Translations under genes and position numbers: made by a program | Shown here: positions 42,712-51,500 of the stretch, in pieces | Layout: every line of letters begins with the position of its first letter | Numbering within the stretch: the stretch's first letter is position 1 | The notes under the pieces: generated by a model | The model's database searches: none | Seen by the model: the letters and a program-made list of their open reading frames with translations, nothing else | What the model was told of the DNA's origin: nothing | Source: Candidatus Woesearchaeota archaeon | GTDB taxonomy: Archaea; Nanobdellota; Nanobdellia; Pacearchaeales; GW2011-AR1 | DNA length: 64,000 nucleotides | NCBI GenBank assembly: GCA_964594115.1 | Contig: CAZQLD010000003.1 | Span: 4,225 to 68,224 of the forward strand | Direction of reading: 5' to 3'

Positions 42712-43089
42712 TTAACAGCCTGCATTTCCACAATCTAATTTATCTATTCTGTTTCCGAAAGGTTTCTCAGAGAGCTCATTACAAGTTAGTTTTTGTTCCA
42801 TCATCTTTCCATCTTCTTTATATCTAACCTTTTTTTCTGAACAACAATAATCATAAACCGCATTTTGAGTTGCTAATGTATTGCAACTAGCCACTACAGC
42901 GTCCACATTCGTCTCAACAAACAAACTATTTATAAACTCAGAAAATTTTCCTGTTTGCAACTCCCAAAATACTAATAAGGTTATTAAAACCAATATAGCT
43001 AAAACAATTACAACAAAAGTTCCAATCATTAATTCCGTGTCTTTCTTATCTTTAATAAAAAAACTACTTTTTCTTTTTTTATCATTCAT
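42712..43089 (-). CDS. Type IV pilin-like protein, 125 aa, 6-Cys C-terminal domain (paralog of 36727..37080)
   Basis: ..KDKKDT|ELMIGTFVVIVLAILVLITLLVF. TNVDAVVASCNTLATQNAVYDYCC aligns with SNIDSVVQACQVACTTNMKNDYC of the 117-aa pilin. Confidence 0.65.
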   Translation of the reverse strand: MNDKKRKSSFFIKDKKDTELMIGTFVVIVLAILVLITLLVFWELQTGKFSEFINSLFVETNVDAVVASCNTLATQNAVYDYCCSEKKVRYKEDGKMMEQKLTCNELSEKPFGNRIDKLDCGNAGC

Positions 43090-43104
43090 TTTACCCCTTT
43101 TATT

Positions 43105-43164
43105 AATTTTCTTTCTTAGTTTTTTCTTTCTAAATGTTTCTTTTTCCTAAAAAAGAAAGTTTGC
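43105..43164 (-). promoter_or_regulatory. Cassette E1: 60-nt conserved element upstream of the 125-aa pilin gene
   Basis: Relative to 55498..55558: 36 identical nt, a 7-8 nt variable block, then 17 identical nt. Shares the TTTCTTTCTTAG / TAAAAAAGAAAG themes with cassettes A-D. Confidence 0.55.
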
Positions 43165-43216
43165 CTCTTTTATATAAAATAAACAAAGAAAATCACTTAA
43201 TAAATATTCTGCTAAT
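43164..43216 (-). repeat. 53-nt repeat, copy 1 (52/53 identical to 48596..48648)
   Basis: CCTCTTTTATATAAAATAAACAAAGAAAATCACTTAATAAATATTCTG(C/T)TAAT. The sense strand carries TTTTATATAAAAGAGG (TATA plus SD-like). Confidence 0.85.
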
Positions 43217-43302
43217 TATAAAAAATTAAACCCATCATATATATTAACTCCCTAGTAACAACAAATACAAAGATTTAAATACTTGCATTTTCTACAAAAC
43301 AT

Positions 43303-43875
43303 ATGAAAAACAGACAGTCTGGAGCTAAAACAGGACTAATAGGCTTAGTTGGGGGAGCAATTTTAGCTGTTGGAATCGCCGGACTAGTAGGAGGATGTAA
43401 TAGTTCTAATAGTTCTCAAAAACCTACTAAAAAAGATTATAATGAAACAAGTATTATTGAAAGTGAGTATGAAAAACTAGAAAAAAACATTCTTACAAAA
43501 GTTAAAAAAATAGCCACTTTAGATCCAAATGAACTTGAACTTGGATTTTTTGGAAAAAAGATAGGTGAAAAAGGTTATACTGTTCATTATGAAGGAAAAG
43601 ATAAAGAGGGTAATGAATTTGATATATTTGTGACAAGACCAGAATACGCTCCAAAAACCTTAGGAGTAGGAGTACTTTTTTACAATCCACAAACAAATAG
43701 CTCTTGTAAGTTTGAAAGCCAACTAGATGAAACTAATGTGGAAAATATATTAAAAGTTAGTTTAGGGAAAAAAGAAAGATTGTATAATAAAGATAATTCA
43801 CCTAAAGAAATGAAAAAATTAATAGCTCTAATAAAACAATTTGAATCAAAATATGCTCCTAATAAAGACAATTAA
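43303..43875 (+). CDS. Putative lipoprotein (190 aa), the only plus-strand gene inside the pilus locus
   Basis: Signal plus lipobox-like GIAGLVGG|CNSSNSSQKP. Confidence 0.5.
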   Translation: MKNRQSGAKTGLIGLVGGAILAVGIAGLVGGCNSSNSSQKPTKKDYNETSIIESEYEKLEKNILTKVKKIATLDPNELELGFFGKKIGEKGYTVHYEGKDKEGNEFDIFVTRPEYAPKTLGVGVLFYNPQTNSSCKFESQLDETNVENILKVSLGKKERLYNKDNSPKEMKKLIALIKQFESKYAPNKDN

Positions 43876-44720
43876 TCTTCTAGCCAATTATCAATAACAT
43901 TAAAAACTTGTTTCATCTCTGCTTCTTCATTATAATATTTATCCATAAAATCAAGAATCTCTTCTGAATCAATTTCCATGTCATAATTTACATCTGCCTT
44001 ACTATATACTTCTGTAGCCTCACAACCAGTAACAACAACACAATCTCCTGTAAAACTTTCATAATAATTTACAGTGTTCTTTACTGAATCAATTACTTTT
44101 ACAGTATCATTAGGATTTGCTCCTGCAATTATGATTTTAATAAAACCTTCTTCTACAATAAATTGAAAAAGAGTCTTCTTAGAATCATTCCATTCTCCAA
44201 CTAAATCATAAGTTAAGTCACTTGAATAAGAATTTCCTATTATAATCATATTCTGCTTTATATCTTGAGCAGAAACTGAATAATCAGACTCATTTTTTAT
44301 ATTGTTTATTTGTAAAAATTGTGCTAATGAATCAGCAGAAACTCTTTCAGTTTCTGTCAATTTTTCTCCGAGAACAAAATGAATATTATCAGAATTATTT
44401 CTAATAAACTTAATCAAATGATAAAAACTATAACTCCCACAATCTAACTCTAACATTGTCATACTAAAATCAAACTGCTCTACATCAGGATTTACATCAA
44501 GGCCTGCTAAACAAGAACCTAAATCTGTTTCATCATATCTAAAAAATACATCTACATCTCCAGAACCTGTAACTTCTAAAATTTCTATTTCATCAAAATC
44601 ATTTAATTCATATGTCAGAATTTTTAATGCATTCACAATTCCAACCAACAACAAAAAAGCAACTGCTAATAAAAAAATCCATATTATGCTCCTTTTCCTT
44701 TTTATTTTTTGCATTTCCAT
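43872..44720 (-). CDS. Secreted/anchored protein with C-terminal dockerin- or EF-hand-like loop
   Basis: Start chosen at MEMQKIKRKRSIIWIFLLAVAFLLLVGIVNA, because the tracked start 44789 would overlap the upstream ORF by 49 nt. C-terminal DVNYDMEIDSEEILDFMDKYY. Confidence 0.5.
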   Translation of the reverse strand: MEMQKIKRKRSIIWIFLLAVAFLLLVGIVNALKILTYELNDFDEIEILEVTGSGDVDVFFRYDETDLGSCLAGLDVNPDVEQFDFSMTMLELDCGSYSFYHLIKFIRNNSDNIHFVLGEKLTETERVSADSLAQFLQINNIKNESDYSVSAQDIKQNMIIIGNSYSSDLTYDLVGEWNDSKKTLFQFIVEEGFIKIIIAGANPNDTVKVIDSVKNTVNYYESFTGDCVVVTGCEATEVYSKADVNYDMEIDSEEILDFMDKYYNEEAEMKQVFNVIDNWLED

Positions 44721-44740
44721 ATTAAATTTATTTTTTATAA

Positions 44741-46393
44741 TTACCCACACCCTTTTGGAGGATCTTTTTTCCATTTCCAGATTGAACACTGTTTATATAA
44801 TTCTACATTAACATCTGCAACCCATCTAATTCTTCTCTTTGTTTTTTCACCAGCACATTTTGCAGTAAAAGGAATTATTATCGTAGCTTCAAAATATTGC
44901 CCTCTTGTTGTCACATTTTTTGTGATTCTTGTTCTAGCCTCAGAAATATTTATTTCTCTAACGCAGCCATCTCCACAATTTAAACCCTTAAGTTGTTCTT
45001 TAAGAGCTCTTTCAGCCTTTCCTCCTGCTTTTTTTAAAGCATCTATATAAGCGAACTCCCATATAACTCCAATTTTAGTTATATGATATCCTTTAGTTAT
45101 TCCAGATAAGGAACCTGAACATGTTCCAGATAATTCTCTTTCAGGATAAATTTTAGCATCCACAACACTTACAAGATTATTTCCCTTACAACATGCTTCA
45201 GCTTGTTCTTTAGCACATGAATATTCTAAACCAAATTTTGGATTTTCATTGCATAAATCATTTGCAGCTGATGAGGCTTTCTGAACTGCCTCTCCATAAA
45301 GCTTAAACTGAGAACTGCCTTTTTTAGACATAGAAACATTTGCCGAACACTCATTATCACAAGGATCTTCTTGCTTTTTAGGAGGATAATATTCTGAGCC
45401 ATTAGTAGGGGTTATAGGCTCATCAGGAGTAATAGGTTCATAGGGTTCAGGTGTTACAGGCTCATCAGGGGTATAATCATCTGAGCCATTAGTAAGAACT
45501 GGTTCTGGAAGGGTAGGTTCTGGAAGAGTTGGTTCTGGAAGAGTAGGCTCAGGAGTATAATCATCTGAGCTGTCAGGAGGGGTTGGTTCAGGAGGAGTTG
45601 GTTCTGGAAGAGTTGGTTCTGGAAGAGTAGGCTCAGGAGTATAATCATCTGAGCTGTCAGGAGGGGTTGGTTCCGGTTCTGGCTCATTAGCTGTACAATA
45701 CGGGTTACAACGGCAACTGCAAGTATAAGCTGGACTCCCATAACTACTTGCACAATACGGGTTGCAAGTATAATCACTAGGAGTACTGCCCTGACAATTC
45801 GGTACACAAGTAAAGTACTCACAAATATAAGCTGGACTGCCTCCTCCGCAGCTTCCGCAATTTGGCACACAAGTATAATCCTCATCTGAGCTTCCAAAAA
45901 TGCCAATACTTGCCAACTCTTCATCTGAATCACTTCTTATATCCCCTATTAATGTAACATTATTATCAGGATTTTTTGCTACCCAATCTCCATCAAAAAT
46001 ATCATTATCATTTGTCTTTTTAACTACATAAGTAATGACAGCATCCTCAGCCTTTAATTCTGTAAACTCACTTCCAAGCCACTCAATAACTCCTTTATCT
46101 AACCTTGAACTAGTATTATAAACCCCTCCATGACTTACATTCTGAACTTCCCAACCCTTAGGATAGTACTCAGTAATAACAAAAGCATTTATTCTTTTGT
46201 CTTTATTAACATCCAGATTAAGGGTTATAGCGTACAGCTCTCCCTGATTATCAATACTTCTCTTGATCTCTACTATTTCTTCTCTTTTCCCTTCGATAAT
46301 TGTATTAAAAATATTATTAAGAGTTAGAACAATAATCAAAATTACTAAAACAAATAGGATTTTCGCATTAAAATCCTTCTTTTTTTCTTCCAT
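44741..46393 (-). CDS. 550-aa anchored surface protein: beta-rich domain, Cys-repeat block, PEPT-repeat linker, Cys-rich C-terminal domain
   Basis: N-terminal TM ILFVLVILIIVLTL. Repeats YTCVPNC/FTCVPNC/YTCNPYC/CRCNPYC. PEPTLPEPTLPEPTPPEPTPPDSSDDYT occurs twice. C-terminal domain with at least 12 Cys. Confidence 0.65.
   Translation of the reverse strand: MEEKKKDFNAKILFVLVILIIVLTLNNIFNTIIEGKREEIVEIKRSIDNQGELYAITLNLDVNKDKRINAFVITEYYPKGWEVQNVSHGGVYNTSSRLDKGVIEWLGSEFTELKAEDAVITYVVKKTNDNDIFDGDWVAKNPDNNVTLIGDIRSDSDEELASIGIFGSSDEDYTCVPNCGSCGGGSPAYICEYFTCVPNCQGSTPSDYTCNPYCASSYGSPAYTCSCRCNPYCTANEPEPEPTPPDSSDDYTPEPTLPEPTLPEPTPPEPTPPDSSDDYTPEPTLPEPTLPEPTLPEPVLTNGSDDYTPDEPVTPEPYEPITPDEPITPTNGSEYYPPKKQEDPCDNECSANVSMSKKGSSQFKLYGEAVQKASSAANDLCNENPKFGLEYSCAKEQAEACCKGNNLVSVVDAKIYPERELSGTCSGSLSGITKGYHITKIGVIWEFAYIDALKKAGGKAERALKEQLKGLNCGDGCVREINISEARTRITKNVTTRGQYFEATIIIPFTAKCAGEKTKRRIRWVADVNVELYKQCSIWKWKKDPPKGCG
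45521..45673 (-). repeat. In-frame tandem repeat (69 identical nt, 84-nt period) encoding the Pro/Glu/Thr linker
   Basis: 45521..45589 equals 45605..45673 by direct comparison. Shorter GGTTCTGGAAGAGT(T/A)GG sub-repeats surround it. Confidence 0.9.
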
Positions 46394-46437
46394 TCTTTTC
46401 TTTTTTTCAGAGATTAATTAATTTTTATTCAATAACT

Positions 46438-48591
46438 TTAACCTGCAACTCCTGCAAGCGCTACTGCTGCAAGGATAGATAAGACAATTGTAGAAATCAA
46501 AGCTGTTACTAAATAAAGTAAAGAGCCAAACTTTAGATAGTTTGCTGTGTCATACTTCTTCTTTAATTTATCTTCTCCTGCATCTACTGTTACTAGAGTT
46601 CCTGTTAAAATAAAGATTATTTCTATAATATAAATGCCAATAGCTACCTGCAAAAAGTAAGGGGAAATCATTTTTGTAACATCAAAAATTTGAGTTATTG
46701 AAGATATGCTGCCTATGCCAATATCTGTATCTGTTCCAAGAGAAGATAGTATCTGCAGCTTGTTAAGAATAAGGGTTATCATACTAGCCAATCCGACAAC
46801 AATTCCTGCTAAAAGTGGAGCTAAAAATGTCATGTTGCTCTTCATATCTGAAACAACTTCTGCCAATAAGTCTCTCAGTCTCTCATTTATCTTATGAATA
46901 TTTTTTATATACTCTGATATAGACATTAAACTTCTTGCTGCTACCTGTAACCCTCTTTTAACACTTTCAACTAAAATTCTCATGCTCATCCTTATTAAAT
47001 CAGAGGGATAATAAATAATAGCCCCTCTTTTTTCATTAAATATAGAATCTTCCAGCGACATTCCTGCCTGATGCAAATTTGTATTTACAATCCTGAAAAA
47101 ATCTTCTGTAGATGTGCCTTTTGAAGAGCCTGCAACTTTTGAAAAAGCAACTTCTGCTGGCAAACCATCCCCTATTCTGTTTCCAAGCTGAAATAACGAG
47201 CTAGTAAACTCACCCTCAAGTTTCTTGGTATTTTCCCTTGCCTTAATCAAATCTTTTGTTTTCAATGAAAAAGCTACAGAAAAAAACAAAGCTATACTTA
47301 TTGGAATAAACAAACTAAGCAACACTGCAATAGGTCCAAAAGGCCCAACCACCCCCGCACTTGTAGTTTGAAAATCAAAAATCTTTAAATTTCCAAAATA
47401 CTCTAAACCAAGCTCAGAAAAAGTATAATCTCTTTGCAAATTAAAGATTGAAGGAAAAGCAGTATACTGAAATATAAAAGGAAGGGTTCCAAGTAAAAAC
47501 AAAGGTAAGCAAATAAGAAATGCAGTAAAATAAGGCTTCTTGCTTTTATATTTATCATAAAGAGGATTTAATTCTAAGATGTTTGTTTCACCATAACCTC
47601 CTGGCCTTTTTAACATAATCTGGGTTGTTAAATAAAAAACAAGAAAAGGAATAAGCAGATTAAACAAAACAACAACATGATACCACTGAATAAGTCCTTT
47701 TAATAAAGTAGAAGCAAGAGGCAGTAATGCAAGACCAAGAGTTGGAAGGATAATTCCTAACATATATAAATTAGTTAAAGGACTCCTGATTTTTCTGCTG
47801 TATTTTAACATTCTCTCATAAACCCCGTCAAGAATTACCTGTAAAGCCCTTTCCAGAGTAGCAATTCTTCTTGCCTCATTTGGTTCATATAAACTACTCT
47901 CTATTAAGTGAAAACTCTCTATAAACTCTATACTGCTTCCTCTCCAGGTCTCAAGATACGAATCTAAACTTTCTTTAATGCTACTATACTTACCTGTCTC
48001 TACATCCCAAAAAATCTTCTTGAAATCTAAAGATAAAGGCATCTGTAGATGTTGAGAGGCAAACCTTATAGCCCTCTCTAAATTACTTGTGTGTTTCATA
48101 TAAACAACCACATAAAGTACGCAAGGCACCATCTGGCTACTAGCCTTTAATCTCCATTTATTAGCCAAGCGAGAAGGCATACTATAAAAATAATAAAATA
48201 AGAATAAAGCTACGAATAAAACTAAAAATAAGAAAAGGACTGGAAAACTCCCTGCTATAAAATAAATCCCTAAAGACAAGAATACTCCTACAAAAAAACT
48301 CAGTAATAAAGCAGCCAAAGCAAGAGTCATAACCTGGCTTGGGTTAACATCAAGATGCGCCACATCTAGCTGTTTTTGTATCTTAACCTCATCTTTTTTT
48401 GCAAGCTTTATTTTTATTAGATTTCCTAAACTAGCACACCATTTTTCATATCTTGAAAGCTCAGGCGCCATCTCTCTTTTAAATTGGAGATACTCTCTAC
48501 TAAAATCCTTTTGTTTTCCTAAAAAAGGGTCTGTATGAATCTCATTTTCTATTTTTCTAGAATATTTTTTAAAAATATCATCAACCTTCAT
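46438..48591 (-). CDS. Polytopic membrane protein, candidate pilus assembly platform (FlaJ/TadC/PilC-like by context)
   Basis: Many TM segments alternating with two soluble regions. Immediately downstream of the secretion ATPase. The ATG at 48591 is preceded by AAAGAGGTAAA; the tracked start 48618 is TTG. Confidence 0.55.
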   Translation of the reverse strand: MKVDDIFKKYSRKIENEIHTDPFLGKQKDFSREYLQFKREMAPELSRYEKWCASLGNLIKIKLAKKDEVKIQKQLDVAHLDVNPSQVMTLALAALLLSFFVGVFLSLGIYFIAGSFPVLFLFLVLFVALFLFYYFYSMPSRLANKWRLKASSQMVPCVLYVVVYMKHTSNLERAIRFASQHLQMPLSLDFKKIFWDVETGKYSSIKESLDSYLETWRGSSIEFIESFHLIESSLYEPNEARRIATLERALQVILDGVYERMLKYSRKIRSPLTNLYMLGIILPTLGLALLPLASTLLKGLIQWYHVVVLFNLLIPFLVFYLTTQIMLKRPGGYGETNILELNPLYDKYKSKKPYFTAFLICLPLFLLGTLPFIFQYTAFPSIFNLQRDYTFSELGLEYFGNLKIFDFQTTSAGVVGPFGPIAVLLSLFIPISIALFFSVAFSLKTKDLIKARENTKKLEGEFTSSLFQLGNRIGDGLPAEVAFSKVAGSSKGTSTEDFFRIVNTNLHQAGMSLEDSIFNEKRGAIIYYPSDLIRMSMRILVESVKRGLQVAARSLMSISEYIKNIHKINERLRDLLAEVVSDMKSNMTFLAPLLAGIVVGLASMITLILNKLQILSSLGTDTDIGIGSISSITQIFDVTKMISPYFLQVAIGIYIIEIIFILTGTLVTVDAGEDKLKKKYDTANYLKFGSLLYLVTALISTIVLSILAAVALAGVAG

Positions 48592-48595
48592 TTTA

Positions 48596-48648
48596 CCTCT
48601 TTTATATAAAATAAACAAAGAAAATCACTTAATAAATATTCTGTTAAT
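48596..48648 (-). repeat. 53-nt repeat, copy 2, directly abutting the platform gene start
   Basis: 52/53 identical to 43164..43216. Supplies the TATA-like TTTTATATAAAAGAGG and SD for ATG 48591. Confidence 0.85.
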
Positions 48649-48683
48649 CCTCAATACTAAATTTTTACTTTACCTTAAAACCC

Positions 48684-50960
48684 TTACATCTTCTTAATGT
48701 AATTTTTCATCCAGTCCTGGAATTCAGGGAAAACTCTTTCTGAAGTTGGCAGGCCAACTTCTTCTCGGATTTTATCAGAAATCTCATGAAAAGCATTATT
48801 AGACAGAGAGTTAAATTTAGCCTCTAATAAAATAGGAATTTTAAGCTTTTCTGATATATTGACAATTTCTTGTTTTATTCTAGCCCTTAGCATAATATTA
48901 TCATAAACAGCATCCCAATCTCCTGCCCAGCCTTTAACATTAGCTGCTATAGCTTTTATAACTTCAGAATCTCCATTAATAAGTTCAGGGGTAGCTTCTA
49001 GCTCATCTTTTTCTACATTATATCTTAATAAATCCACAAAACCCTTTTCTTCTAAAGGATCCTTGGTCCAGTGTTTTCTTACTTCTGAAAGCTGAACAGC
49101 TCTTTTCCAGGAATGTAACCCATCAGGACTTTTAACAGGATTTGTTATTAAAATTATATCTGTTGCTTTAAAACTTGTTACTGGCACTTCTAAATCATTT
49201 ACAACTCTGTCAAAAATAGCATAAGGAGAGGCTCCATGAATTGTTCCCGCTACAACATTAGCTAGCGCTCCAATCCTCATTGCCTCATAAAGTGCTTTTG
49301 CTTCTAAACTTCTGACTTCCCCAACAATCAAACAACTATCTCCTAATCTTAAACTTACTCTAATACCTTCATCTGCTGCTATTTCAGTTGTAGTTTTTAA
49401 TAAAGCAGCCCTCACCTTCATTCTCAGTATATCATAGTTTAGTTTTCTTAATGTATCTACTGGCAACTCTAAAACATCTTCTAATACAATTGTTCTGTAT
49501 TTAGGAAGAATTTCTAACATTAAAGCCCCCAACATTGAACTCTTTCCACTAGACCTTGTCCCCCCTATCAAGAGCGTTCTGCTTCCACTTATTAAAAAGG
49601 ATAATAAACCTGCAGTCAGACTATTAATCATCCTATTTTTGATAAAAAGAGGCAGTGTCCAGGGTTCTTCTCTGTGTCTTCTAAAAGCATAAGCCAAGCC
49701 TGTAGGAGAAAGAGGCTGTTGAATTATAGCAACTCTCGCCCTTATATGCCCTAACAATAAATCAGTATCAAGAACAGGGTTTGCTTCATCTAAAGGCCTT
49801 CCTGACAACATCCTGAATTTAGCAGCCCATGAATCTGCATCTTCCTGACTTGGCATAATGTTAGTGGTACACTCATCAAATTCCTGATGCCTTACAAAAA
49901 CTGGATTAAGAGTTATTGGTGAATTAAGAACAATATCCTGTATATTCTTGTCCTGTAGCAATACTTCAATTAAACCAAAACCAATTGTATGCCTAACCAA
50001 GATTGTAGCTAGCTTGTTTAACTCAGAATAAGATAATTTTATTCTCTTGTTTTTAGCTAATTCTTGCAGCAAGTCTCTGGAAACATTGAAAAATACGCTT
50101 CTTGTTCTTTCTGGATCTGTAAATTCCTCTGACTTTGGCTCATGCTCAATTAAAACATTCCTTGCTAGATTAAGAAGCAAGTGAAAATCTTCGTCTAAAG
50201 TATATTCAGGAGGCATTAAATGATAAATATACTTAGAATCATTTTTTTTCTTTAGTATTGTGACACTGCTCTTATCATAACCTGAAGCAATTTCATACTG
50301 GCTCATAATTTCTGTATCTTCTGGAAGGGTTGCTACAAGTCTTGTAAAAGTAAAATTAGGAATTGTATCAGGCCTGAAAAACTGAACATAAATTTCCCTG
50401 TCTCCTACTTTATATCCCCCAAGGTAAGGAATGGCTTGCTTTACAAGCTGAATAGCCCCTAATAACGCTAAAAATTTCTCAAGTAAACGAATAAAACTCA
50501 TCTGGTCTGCTTTTAATTGTAAGGTTATCCTATCAAAAGCAATTCTCTCATCTCTGAGAGTTCTTTTTAATTCTATATAACAAGCAATAGGATCTCTTTT
50601 CAAAAGGTCAAGAAGGTAATTCACAATACTATATCTCTTACCTACCGCCTGATTAAACATGGTTAATTTTTCTGGAGCTAAAATCCTCTCTTGTTTTGTC
50701 AGATAAGTATATAACTGAGCCACTTCCTGCAATAAAGAAATTTCAGAAAAATCATAGCAATAATTTCTCTGCTGAACAAAAACTATCTTAGCTATTTGCG
50801 GGTTTTGCATTAACAAATCAACAGTTCTTGCCATGACCTCTGGATTTTCAGCTAAATTTGGCACGCTTGGAGAACCAAGATAATTCACGTATAAAATATC
50901 CTGCCCAGCCTCTCTCTGAACCTCAAAAGCATACAAAGGAGTTCCTTTTTTAAATAACAT
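48684..50960 (-). CDS. Type II/IV secretion-family ATPase (FlaI/PilB/VirB11 superfamily), 758 aa
   Basis: Walker A GGTRSSGKSS, Asp box IVLEDVLEL, Walker B CLIVGEVRSLEA, His box AGTIHGASP. Long N-terminal domain. Confidence 0.85.
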   Translation of the reverse strand: MLFKKGTPLYAFEVQREAGQDILYVNYLGSPSVPNLAENPEVMARTVDLLMQNPQIAKIVFVQQRNYCYDFSEISLLQEVAQLYTYLTKQERILAPEKLTMFNQAVGKRYSIVNYLLDLLKRDPIACYIELKRTLRDERIAFDRITLQLKADQMSFIRLLEKFLALLGAIQLVKQAIPYLGGYKVGDREIYVQFFRPDTIPNFTFTRLVATLPEDTEIMSQYEIASGYDKSSVTILKKKNDSKYIYHLMPPEYTLDEDFHLLLNLARNVLIEHEPKSEEFTDPERTRSVFFNVSRDLLQELAKNKRIKLSYSELNKLATILVRHTIGFGLIEVLLQDKNIQDIVLNSPITLNPVFVRHQEFDECTTNIMPSQEDADSWAAKFRMLSGRPLDEANPVLDTDLLLGHIRARVAIIQQPLSPTGLAYAFRRHREEPWTLPLFIKNRMINSLTAGLLSFLISGSRTLLIGGTRSSGKSSMLGALMLEILPKYRTIVLEDVLELPVDTLRKLNYDILRMKVRAALLKTTTEIAADEGIRVSLRLGDSCLIVGEVRSLEAKALYEAMRIGALANVVAGTIHGASPYAIFDRVVNDLEVPVTSFKATDIILITNPVKSPDGLHSWKRAVQLSEVRKHWTKDPLEEKGFVDLLRYNVEKDELEATPELINGDSEVIKAIAANVKGWAGDWDAVYDNIMLRARIKQEIVNISEKLKIPILLEAKFNSLSNNAFHEISDKIREEVGLPTSERVFPEFQDWMKNYIKKM

Positions 50961-50981
50961 TTTCTCTTTTTCAAAAGTTAG

Positions 50982-51022
50982 TTTCTTTCTTCTTAATGTT
51001 CTTTCTTTTCTAAAGAAAGAAG
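50982..51022 (-). promoter_or_regulatory. Cassette C upstream of the pilus ATPase gene
   Basis: Same architecture as cassette A, with one indel and a few substitutions (TTTCTTTCTTCTTAATGTTCTTTCTTTTCTAAAGAAAGAAG). Confidence 0.55.
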
Positions 51023-51128
51023 TTAGGATATTAAAATCTTGCTATTAACTAAAATCCATAGATAACCTCATTCTCATACAAACAATTTTAAACCCTTGTT
51101 TCTTTATTTTTTTATAAAAAAGAGAAAA

Positions 51129-51455
51129 ATGCCAGAGCAAATTTCCCCAACAGAATCCCCTATAACCTCTTTATTATCAGAGTTTAATACTAAACTTAGG
51201 GACATAGAAGAAAGACAGAGACTTATTAAAGATAGAGTCTTGCTTATAGGAGAAAATCTTGTAAATAGAAAAGAAGAATCAATAAAAGAAATGTCTGAAT
51301 TGAAAGTCAAAACAGAAAATTTAGAAAAAGAAATAGAAAGACTAAAAGAGACTATAACAAGCTTAATAGAAGAAACCAAAAATCTGGCTAGGAAATCTGA
51401 ACTAGAAATCTTACAAAGACAGTTTAAAATATTCCAACCATTAATTAAAAAATAG
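51129..51455 (+). CDS. Coiled-coil protein (108 aa from ATG 51129)
   Basis: MPEQISPTESP..LRDIEERQRLIKDRVLLIGENL..LEKEIERLKE. Divergent from the ATPase gene. Confidence 0.45.
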   Translation: MPEQISPTESPITSLLSEFNTKLRDIEERQRLIKDRVLLIGENLVNRKEESIKEMSELKVKTENLEKEIERLKETITSLIEETKNLARKSELEILQRQFKIFQPLIKK

Positions 51456-51500
51456 CTTTCAGAAAAATATTAAAAAAATTAAACATTAAAAAAGCAAAAA

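Noticed and set aside
45454-45933. Tracked alternative-frame 159-aa ORF in the repeat region
   Set aside because: It is an out-of-frame reading of the PEPT-linker and Cys-repeat DNA of the 550-aa ORF. The long ORF is continuous and has an N-terminal anchor.
35693-50960. Interpretation of the locus as an archaellum operon
   Set aside because: I saw no FlaH/KaiC-like ATPase partner, no FlaF/FlaG-like genes and no multi-copy archaellins of about 200 aa. The ten substrates are heterogeneous in size, which fits a pilus-type filament better. This still needs HMM confirmation.
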